Assembly: GCF_006345805.1 (NCBI RefSeq)
Contig: NC_043004.1
Span: forward strand, 98,704,001 to 98,768,000
From: Octopus sinensis
Lineage: Eukaryota
Direction of reading: 5' to 3'
Length of the DNA: 64,000 nucleotides
In this document: in pieces, positions 54,420 to 64,000 of the stretch
How the letters are laid out: every line of letters begins with the position of its first letter
How positions within the stretch are numbered: position 1 is the stretch's first letter
Position numbers and translations under genes: made by a program
Notes under the pieces: model-generated
The model's input: the letters and a program-made list of their open reading frames with translations, nothing else
Told to the model about the DNA's origin: nothing
Database searches by the model: none

Positions 54420-54719
54420 TCTTCAGAATCACAAGACATTTTTCTATAGCAATGCAACAAGTACAAACAAACATGGGCAAAAATGAACAAATGCAGGGCT
54501 AGAATAGTCTAGAAAGAAGAACTTATATCAGATGGTAATATCTACAGCAGCAAGAGATTGTTACCTCCAAATAGTGGTCTAATTATAGGTTTCCTTACAT
54601 ACACCCACCTGATATCACTAGAATTTTCAAGGGCCTACAGGATTCTAAATATAGGTAAGTTTTGCAGATTAGTAAAAAAAATAACAATGATATTTTGCCT
54701 GATAATGATGATGGTTGGG

Positions 54720-55090
54720 AGATGCAATAAGAGTGGAACACTTGCAGAAAACAGCACTGCTTCAATACTCCAGATGGTGCTTGAAAAATAAGGGGTGTTA
54801 CCTCAGTTCACTGGTTCACTGGTAGTAAGCAGCTGACACTGTAGTACATCTCCAGCATTAGAAGCTGTGCAAAGACAAAATAATTATAATAATAATGATG
54901 ATGATGATGATGATGATAATTACTTAAGATAATTACTTAAGATGATGAAGATAATTACTTAAGAGGGTTCTTGACATCTAAGGTTACTTGTTGTAATCCA
55001 ATAGAAGGGTTCTAGGCATCTAAGGGAACTTGTTGTAGCCGGATGTTAGGATTCTTTTCTTTTCCAACAGTCTACTCTGTTGAGTGTATG

Positions 55091-55095
<5 letters not shown>
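54720..55095 (+). mobile_element. Two R4/Dong-like 3' end fragments
   Basis: 54720-54880 is homologous to the reverse complement of 530-680 (VEHLQKTALL); both end in (AAT)n. Confidence 0.55.
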
Positions 55096-55127
<32 letters not shown>

Positions 55128-55146
55128 TAATAATAATAATAATAAA

Positions 55147-55677
55147 GGCTCTCATGGCTTCTGAACTTAACTGATTGGAAGTGTTATCATGTACATTGTT
55201 TTGTCTTGGTATAAAAGATGGGCTACAGCAAATATTCTGCTCAATACCACAGATTTGCTTGTCAGTTGTTTGACTTTAACCAGTTGAGCATGTCCCTTAG
55301 TGGCTGACGATATGTGCATCTCTGATCACGAGCAGAAGTAGTGGGGGAGCATCATAGCCATGTGTTGAGAGGGATTCTTTGGGGTTTGAATAATTCACCT
55401 CTGGAAACATGGGTGGTTCTTTCAACATCCTTAAACAACCCTTATTCAGGGACCTTTTGAGTGGGATGGGCTACTCAACCTGAAGAAAATTCTAACTGGG
55501 CCCCACCTGCAAGGTCATGTGCTGTTTATCTTGATATGAGATCACCATGTCGCGCACATATGGTTGTGATGCATGTGCCTGGTGTACCCTTATCAGACGA
55601 GTAGTCATGATGGTCATACTAGGCTTTGCATATTTTACCCCAGTATCACTTTGATGGCATGCACTGTTATCTCACTC

Positions 55678-55720
<43 letters not shown>
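55147..55720 (+). mobile_element. Unclassified ~530-bp interspersed repeat, family F
   Basis: Homologous to 59604-60183 and 63754-64000; no ORF, no tRNA head; (AAT)n on both sides. Confidence 0.8.
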
Positions 55721-55882
55721 TTTAAAACCCAGTTTAGTACAGAAAACAGCGTTATTAGGGACAACTAGGATAGTTAGGAGAGTTCATGGCATCTCAGTAT
55801 ATTGGTTGTAATTTGATGATGGAATTTTTTTCTTTTTCAACATCTAATCAGTTGAGTATATAGGAAAATAATAATAATAATC

Positions 55883-56765
55883 CTTTCTACTATAGGCACA
55901 AGGCCTGAATATTAGATTGACCCCATATGCAACTGGTACTTATTTTATTGACTCTGAAAAGAGGAAAGGCAAATTGACCTTGGCAAGCTTTGAACTCATG
56001 ACATAGGGACAGGTAAAATACCACTAAGCACTTTTTCCAGTGTGCTAACGATTCTGCCAGCTTGCTATCTAGAAAATAACAATAATGATAATGATAAGAA
56101 TAAAAACAGCAACAATAATAATAATCCTTTCTTCTATAGGCACAAGGCATGAAATTTGTGGGAGAGGAACCTGTCGATTACATTGACCCCCAGTGCTTAA
56201 ATTGTACTTATTTTATTGACCCTGAAAGAATGACAGGCAAACTTGACCTCAGCAGAAATTAATGACAGACAAAATACCGCTAAACCCTGTGTGTTAATGA
56301 TTCTACAAGGTTATTGCCTTAAAAACAATGCTAATAGTAATAACACTAACAACAACAAAAATATCATAACAGCTATATTCATTTCTACTCTAGGCGCAAG
56401 GTCCGAAACTTGGGGGGTGGGCAGTCGATTAGATCAACCTCAGTACGCAACCAGTACTTTTATTGACCCCGAAAGGATGAAAGGTAAAGTCGACCTCAGC
56501 GGAATTTAAACTCAAAGTGTAGTGGCAGACAAAATACCTATTTCTTTACTACCCACAAGGGGTTAAACACAGAGGGGACAAACAAGGACAGACAAACGAG
56601 TTAAGTCGATTATATCGACCACAGTGTGTAACTAGTACTTATATAATCGACCCCAAAAGGATGAAAGGCAGAGTCGACCTCGGCAAAATTTGAACTCAGA
56701 ACGTAACTGCAGACAAAATACCGCTAAGCATTTCGCCCGGCGTGCTAACGTTTCTGCCAGCTCGA
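55883..56765 (-). mobile_element. SINE B cluster including a tandem-body dimer
   Basis: Three elements; internal junction at 56537/56538. Confidence 0.85.
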
Positions 56766-56985
56766 TCATAACAGCTATATTATTGAAATGAATGCTAGCC
56801 ACAATTCAACATAACATTTTCTTGTATTCTATAAAAGTAAGTAAAATATGAAATAAAATAAAATAGTATTCAGAAAGAAAGCAAATAAAGATAAGCTTTT
56901 GAACTTGGATAATAATAAAATGTCCCAGAAAAGATGTGTTATTTTTTTTTCCTTTTTCAAGATATCTCTATATTTACATCAGATA

Positions 56986-57031
<46 letters not shown>

Positions 57032-57197
57032 TCTCTGTCTTTCTATGTCCTACTGTCACCCTCACTCTCTTTATCTTTCTTGTACCATTCTGCTCTCTAC
57101 TCTTTGTACCAATTGAATCAAACTTTCAAAGATGTTGATTCTAGAATGAAAAATTGAATCTAAACACACACACACACACACACACAAACGCACAAGC

Positions 57198-57230
<33 letters not shown>

Positions 57231-57960
57231 CACACACACACACACACAAACACACAAACACACGAACACACACACACATACACACACACATACATTTACT
57301 TCTCAAACCAGAGACATTAAATGAGCTAAATCCTTTAACATTCATCAGCAGTTCTTCATTTTTGTCTATTGTTGCTGTTGGTGATGGTATTATTATTATT
57401 ATTATTATTATTATTACAAATTAAATATAGCTGATATATCAATGAATTGGTTCCAAATACACACACACACAAGCACATACACACACTTACACACACATAT
57501 ATATGTATATATACATGTGTGTGTGGGTGTGGGTGTGTGTACACACACACAAAAACTCACACACATGCACATACATGCACACATACACACACACATACAT
57601 ATCTATATATTGTTGTGGGTAAAATAATTTCTGCAGAATTTTTCAAAAAGTGAATGGAACTAATTTCTTTTGTTTTGAAAATGATAAAAAAAAAAAAAAA
57701 GTAAAGTAAAAAAAAATGAAAAATATGTAAAAAGAGAAAATACAACTAAAAATTGAAAAAAAAAAGGGAAAACTGTCTTTTCAAATGAAACATTGCAAGG
57801 GAGAATTTAATTTTAGGATTTTTGAATGTGTTTCTAGTTTAGAATAGGAAATAAAAAAAAAAGTATCTTAATTCTACTTGCAAAACAAACTAACAGTAAA
57901 AAATGGCAATAATAATAATAATGCCATTGATATTGCTGTTGCTACTACTAATAATAATAA

Positions 57961-59580
57961 TCTTTCTACTATAGGTACAAAGCCTGAAATTTTGGAGGAA
58001 GGGGCCAATCGATTAGATCGATCCCAGTACGTAACTAGTACTTAATTTATTGACCCCCAAAAAGATGAAAGGCAAAGTCAACCTCGACGGAATTTAAACT
58101 AAGAATGTCAAAGACTCTGCCGGTTACGACGACGAGGGTCCCAGCTGATACGATCAACGGAACAGCTTGCTCGTGAAATTAACGTGCAAATGGCTGAGCA
58201 TTCCACAGACACGTGTACCCTTAACGTAGTTCTCGGGGATAATCAGTGTGACACAGAGAGTGACAAGGCTGACCCTTGAAATACAAGTACAACTCATTTT
58301 TGCCAGCTGAGTGGACTGGAGCAACGTGAAATAAAGTGTCTTGCTCAGGACACACGCGTCGCGGGAATCGAACTCACAACCTTACGATCATGAGCCGAAT
58401 GCCCTAACCACTAAGACGCGCCCCTCACAAATAAGAATGTAAAGACAGACGAAATACCTATTTATTTACTACCCACAAGGGGCTAAACACAGAGAGGACA
58501 AACAAGGACAGACAATCGGTTTAAGTTGATTATATCGACCCCAGTATGTAACTGGTACTTATTTAATCGACCCCAAAAGGATGAAAGGCAAAGTCAACCT
58601 TGGCGGAATTTGAACTCAGAACGTAGCATTAGACGAAATACCTATTTCTTTACTACCCACAAGGGGCTAAACACAGAGGGGACAAACAAGGACAGACAAA
58701 CGGATTAAGTCGATTACATCGACCCCAGTGCGTAACTGGTACTTCTTTAATCGACCCCGAAAGGATGAAAGGCAAAATTGACCTCGGCGGAATTTGAACT
58801 CAGAACGTAACGGCAGACAAAATACCGCTAAGCATTTCGCCCGGCGTGCTAACGTTTCTGCCAGCTCACCACCTTACTACTACTACTACTACTAATAATA
58901 ATAATAATGATAATGGTTTCAAGTTTTGTTAGAAGGGCAGCAATTTTGGGAGAGGGGATGAGTCAATTACATTGACCCCACCATTCAACCAATATTTACT
59001 TTTATTGACCTCGAAAGTATGTAAAGCAAAGTTGACCTTACTAGAATTTGAGCTCAGAATGGAGTGACAGGCAAAATACCAATAAATATTTCGTCTAGCA
59101 TGCTAACAATTCTGCCAGCTCACTGTCTTCTAATAATAATAATAATGATGATGATGATGATAATGATGATGATGACCCTTTCTACAAAAGGCACAAGGCC
59201 TGAAGTTTAGTGAAGGGAAGGGAGATAGCCAATTATATCGACTCCAATATTCAACTGGTATTGACTCCAAAAGGATGAAAGGCAATGTCGACCTCAGCGG
59301 AATTTGAACTCAGAAGGTGAAAACAGACGAAACACTGTTAAGTATTTCACAGTGTGCTAACAATTCTGCCAGATCACATCCATAATAATACATTTTTACT
59401 CTAGGCACAAGGCCTGAAATTTTGGAGGAAGGAACTAGTTGATTAGATCTACCTCGGTATGCAACTGGTACTTAATTTATTGACCCCCAAAAGGATGAAA
59501 GGCAAAGTAGACCTCGGCGGAATTTTGAAATACCGCTTACAATTTCACCCAGCATGCTAACATTCCTGCCAGCCTGCCAC
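57961..59580 (-). mobile_element. SINE B cluster including a tandem-body trimer
   Basis: Junctions at 58457/58458 and 58641/58642; three further degenerate copies. Confidence 0.85.
58113..58426 (-). mobile_element. SINE family D (tRNA head, CORE-like domain) nested in SINE B
   Basis: CTCATGATCGTAAGGTTGTGAGTTCGATTCC head; TAAGAATGT(C)AAAGA duplicated on both sides. Confidence 0.85.
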
Positions 59581-59603
59581 ATGCACCTCCTTAATAATAA
59601 TAA

Positions 59604-60132
59604 AGCAAACCCAGGCAGTAGCTCTCATGGTTTCTCATCTTAACTGATTGGAAGTGTTATCATGTACATTGTTTTGTCTTGCTATAAAAGATGGACCAGA
59701 GTAAATATTCTGCTTAATACCACTGATTTGCTTAACCAGTTGAGCATATCCCTTGGTGGCTGACAATATGTGCATCTCTGATCATGAGCAGAAGTAGTTT
59801 AGAAGCATCATATCTATATGTTAAGAAGAATTCTTTGAAGTTTGAATAATTCACCTCCAGAAACATGTGTTTTGTTCAACATGCTTAAACAACACTTACT
59901 CTGAGACCTTTTGAGCAGGATAGATAATTCGACCTGAAGAAAATTCTAACTCGGCCCTACCTGCAAGGTCATGCGTTGTTTATCTTGATATGAGATCACC
60001 ATGTCATACACATGTGGTTGTGATGCTTGTGTCTGGTGTACCCTTATCAGACAGGTAGCCATGATGGGTATATTGGGTTTTGTATATTTGTACCCCAGCA
60101 TCACTTTGAAGGCTTGTATTGCTCTCTCACCC

Positions 60133-60183
<51 letters not shown>
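59604..60183 (+). mobile_element. Family F repeat, copy 2
   Basis: Colinear with 55147-55720. Confidence 0.8.
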
Positions 60184-60185
<2 letters not shown>

Positions 60186-60259
60186 TTGATGTAACACTTC
60201 ATGAAGGTAAAAAGACAATAAGAAGAGCACATTGCAAGTTGTGATTGTTTATTTAACAG

Positions 60260-60304
60260 TTTGAACAATATTTCAGCAGATTGGCTGTCTTCTTCAAGTT
60301 CAAA
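60260..60304 (-). ncRNA. Hammerhead fold with a C3-to-U change (inverted pLTR copy)
   Basis: UUUGAAC / UUGAAGA / A-GACAG..CUGCU / GAAA-UAU-U / GUUCAAA. Confidence 0.55.
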
Positions 60305-61221
60305 AGATAAAATTTAAATAACTGCAGAAACACAGAAATTCAAAATACAAACAAGGAAATCCTGTATTTCTATTTTGACAGAATGACATCATCAGTTTTC
60401 ACTTTCATAACTGGTAAAAGGAAAAAGAAATAATAAAGAAATTCAAGACAGAGTTAATGAAGACATTCAAATCCCTGCATGGTCATCAAACAATACTCTG
60501 GTTATGGTTCATTGATGATATTTTTTTTGTCTGGGAAGGATCACAGGACAGTTTAGTTAACTTCTTGCATTTCTGTTACTTTTACTCTAAAAACTATGGA
60601 TTTAAGTCCAGTATAAAATTTATGTCTAGTTTTTCAAAAACTAGTGTTGAGTTTTTGAACATAAAAGTAAAGTTTTCTAGTGGCGGAAAAGTGACAGAGT
60701 TATTTTACAAGCCCATTTCATCCCACATTTACCTTCATCACCACTCCAATCATCCACATCATATAATTAAGTCAAACCCCAAAATCCCAATGTTTGAGGA
60801 TAAAACGGATTTGTATTGATGTAGGGGATTACTGGAAATGTGCAAATTCTTTAGTACACCATCATGTCAAACACGATTAAAGGAAATCTCAAATGGCATA
60901 AATAAAATTAACAAGAAAAGTCAAACTTCCACACATAATTTTAGAAACCAAAGTAAAATTTGTGATAAAATTGCTTTAGTGATTAACTGGCACCGAAATT
61001 TCACTGGCATTGCATGTGTTCAATGAAAGTTACCAGCATTTTGCAGAAAAAATATTCTTGTTTCTAACAAATATTCCCTCAGTCACCTACTGTAGCTTTT
61101 AGACACAATAAAGATATAAGAGAAATATTAACCACTACCTCTAACTTCAAGAAAACTAACACTGGAGTTTCTGCTTGCTGCACCTTGAAATACAACCTCA
61201 AGAGAGGTAAGCCATATTCAT

Positions 61222-61633
61222 TCTTTTACTCTTTTACTTGTTTCAGTCATTTGACTGTGGCCATGCTGGAGTACCACCTTTAATTGAGCAACTCGACCCC
61301 GGGACCTATTCTTTGTAAGCCCAGTACTTATTCTATCGGTCTCTTTTGCCGAACCACTAAGTGACGGGGACATAAACACACCAGCATCGGTTGTCAAGCA
61401 ATGCTAGTGGGACAAACACAGACAAACAAACACACACGCACATATATATATATATATATATATACATATATATGACGAGCTTCTTTCAGTTTCTGTCTAC
61501 CAAATCCACTCACAAGACTTTGGTTGGCCCGAGGCTATAGTAGAAGACACTTGCCCAAGGTGCCACACAGTGGGACTGAACCCAGAACCATGTGGTTGGT
61601 AAACAAGCTACTTGCCACACAGCCACTCCTGCC
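61222..61633 (-). mobile_element. SINE family A inserted in the PLE linker region
   Basis: Full-length copy between KRGKP and the Cys-containing segment. Confidence 0.9.
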
Positions 61634-62238
61634 ATTGTGCAACAATATGTGTTAAGTCTATTCTGTTAGGAATTATAACAGAAATGTTATGATTTATATA
61701 GAAAGTGGAATGTGTAAAGATTCATATTTGGTGTATGCAGCAGGATACACCAGACACAACTCAATTTATGTCAGTTGGACGATAGAAAAATTAAATAAAA
61801 GATTCAATCGGCAAAGATATGATTCAATAGGCCCAGGCACAATAGTAGTGGTTTGACAGAACTTGATGAATATTTTACACTACACAGCTTCACTTTTGAG
61901 GAAAACCTGAAAGTGCACATTCTCAGAAAATATTCTGAATCTACTACACTTTCAGTTGTCAAAATGCATGAGGACAAATATATTTGTGAATTACTAAAAT
62001 CACACCATTGAGGAATGAATAGAATGACAGAGGAATTTCATCACATTTACACAAAACTGTTAGACTAAGTACTCTATTCACCTCTTTTTCTTTATTTCTT
62101 TTCGTTTTATTTTTATTTTTCCTTTTACTAGTTACAAAAGTGAAAACTGATGATGTCATTCTGTCAAAATAGGGACGAAGGATTTCCTTGTTTGTATTTT
62201 GAATTTCTGTTTTTTCTGCAGCTATTTTCATTTCAGAT

Positions 62239-62283
62239 TTTGAACCTGAAGAAGACAGATGATCTGGTGAAATATTGTTCAAA
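62239..62283 (+). ncRNA. Minimal type I hammerhead ribozyme with intact core, in the PLE 3' pLTR
   Basis: UUUGAAC / CUGAAGA / A-GACAGA-UGA-UCUGGU / GAAA-UAU-U / GUUCAAA; perfect 7-bp stem I. Confidence 0.7.
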
Positions 62284-62362
62284 CCGTTAAATAAACAATC
62301 TATTACAAATTTTATTGCATTCTTCTTCTTCTTCTTCTTCTTCTTCTTCTTCTCTTCTTCTT

Positions 62363-62393
<31 letters not shown>

Positions 62394-62451
62394 ATAATAA
62401 TAATAATAATAATAATAGTAATAATAATAATGGTAATAATAATAATAATGG

Positions 62452-62509
<58 letters not shown>

Positions 62510-62527
62510 TTATTATTATTATTATTT

Positions 62528-62830
62528 ATGTTTGACTCCAAGATTGTAAAGAAAGAGGATAAAAACAAAAACAGAAAATACAAATCCTTAAAATTTGAAA
62601 TTAGAAGAATTTTGAATATGAAAACTGTAAAGTTTGTGTCTGTGATAATTGGTGCATTGGGAACTGTAATTAAAGATATTGACAAATGACTGAAGGAGAT
62701 TAGAATAGAACACCCTGTAGAGCACTTACAAAGAGCTTGATTCTTTAGAATAGGAAAGATTATCAGGAACGTTTTAAGCACTCGAAAGACTACATAGATC
62801 CTACCAGGAATAAGATTAAACCTGAGTTAA
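62528..62830 (+). mobile_element. R4/Dong-like REL 3' fragment between (TTA)n and (TAA)n
   Basis: KYKSLKFEIRRI..VIIGALGTV..VEHLQ..IRNVL. Confidence 0.7.
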
Positions 62831-62836
62831 ATCACC

Positions 62837-62878
<42 letters not shown>

Positions 62879-63159
62879 GATTTCAAATTTTAGCACAAAG
62901 CCTGCATTTTGGGTGTGTTGATCAACATCCTGCATTTTGGGGTCTGGGAGAAAGTTGATTACATTGCCCCCAGTGCTCAACTGGTATTTATTTTATTGAC
63001 CCCAAACAGAGGAAAATGAAAGTCTATCCCAGTGGCATTTGAACTCAGAACATAAAGTCAGAAGAAATGCTGCTAAGCAATTTTTCCTGCAAAAGTAACA
63101 TTTCTGCTAGCTTATTGCCTTAATGATGATGATAATAATAATAATAATAAATGCCACAG

Positions 63160-63450
63160 AACCACTATTATTAGAAGTAAGAAGGTCAGGCTTGTGTAGG
63201 ATGAAAGATTGCAAAGATAAAGCACTATACAAGAAATTGGAAACGAATGAAACTGAAAATAGGTGGGTAAAGAAAAGAATGCATGGTCAATTTCATAGAG
63301 ATGTTGAAGAAAAGACAGACAGAGAAAAAAGATGGCTGTGGATGACTAAAAGTGATTTAAGACTGGAAATGGAGGCTCTAATCTGTGTTGCCCAAGAGCA
63401 AGCACTAAGAACAGACTACATAAAATACAGAATAAACACAGCAGAAAAGG
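63160..63450 (+). mobile_element. R4/Dong-like post-RT fragment within (TAA)n
   Basis: WVKKRMHGQFHRDV..WLWMTKSDL..EALICVAQEQALRTDYIKYRI. Confidence 0.7.
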
Positions 63451-63463
63451 ATAATAATAATAA

Positions 63464-63541
<78 letters not shown>

Positions 63542-63753
63542 AATTAGAATATAAAATTTTCATCCATGAAATATTTCTCATTATATGTATACACACACAC
63601 ACTGAACACTTTCCATACAATAACCATCAGAGCATCACAACAAATCACAGCACATACCCAAGGCACACAGAGCTGCGCTTGGTAGTGAAGTGAAAGTACG
63701 CTATAAAAATAAAACTACTGAATAATATAATAATAATAATAATGATAAAAAGA

Positions 63754-64000
63754 CAGTGGCTATCATGGTTTCTTATCTTAACTGATTGGAAGTGTTATCA
63801 TGTACATTGTGTTGTCTTGGTATAAAAGATGGACTACAGCAAATATTCTGCTCAATAACACAGATTTGCTTGTCAGTTGTTTGACTTTAACCAGTTGAGT
63901 ATGTCCCTTAGTGGCTGGCAATATGTGCATCTCTGATCATGAGCAGAAGTGGTTGGGGACCATCATAACCATGTGTTGAGAGGAAATATTTGGGGTTTGA
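63754..64000 (+). mobile_element. Family F repeat, copy 3 (cut by the window end)
   Basis: Colinear with 55147-55400; preceded by (AAT)n. Confidence 0.8.

Larger units (their letters stand above)
60240..62310 (+). mobile_element. Penelope-like element relic: inverted 5' pLTR, RT C-terminal half, GIY-YIG endonuclease, 3' pLTR
   Basis: WFIDDIF..IKF..EFL..YKP..HIYLH..SNHP..SQCLRIKRIC; PTVAFRHNKDIREIL; CKDSYLVY..IYVSWT..LNKRF..KVHIL..EDKYICEL..GMN; 60240-60440 is the reverse complement of 62100-62300. Confidence 0.85.

Noticed and set aside
55305-55340. CTGACGA in family F and CTGATGA at 48581 and 62147 as further hammerheads
   Set aside because: No stem II/GAAA/stem I arrangement follows
58340-58426. 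tRNA-like sequences here and at 11335, 22183, 45395 and the SINE A/B heads
   Set aside because: A and B boxes are present, but the acceptor stems do not close and each runs directly into a SINE body; these are SINE heads, not tRNA genes

Overview
AT-rich, repeat-saturated animal genomic DNA. The mix of SINEs, RTE, CR1, mariner and Helitron elements resembles a cephalopod (Octopus-like) genome; this is my inference and was not database-checked. No intact host protein-coding gene is supportable. Nearly all ORFs in the track are translations of microsatellites, SINE bodies or decayed transposons. The window holds four tRNA-headed SINE families (labelled A-D here) and an unclassified ~530-bp repeat (F). 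It also holds 5'-truncated non-LTR retrotransposons (CR1, RTE, R4/Dong-like REL elements), mariner and maT transposase relics and MITEs, three non-autonomous Helitrons, a 1.8-kb TTCCAGGAA-rich satellite and a 51-bp minisatellite. The main signal that none of these labels explains is six minimal hammerhead-ribozyme folds from four sequence-unrelated families. Three of the four families sit in inverted-repeat structures typical of Penelope-like elements (PLEs). One pair flanks a decayed PLE RT/GIY-YIG ORF (60240-62310). One fold (36116-36166, minus strand) has the rare compensated G3-C8 core, GUGAACA instead of CUGANGA. Other notable structures: a 184-bp SINE-internal unit that occurs as tandem arrays and as a free monomer flanked by a target-site duplication (TSD), a templated inverted insertion, and a homogenised inverted RTE pair.
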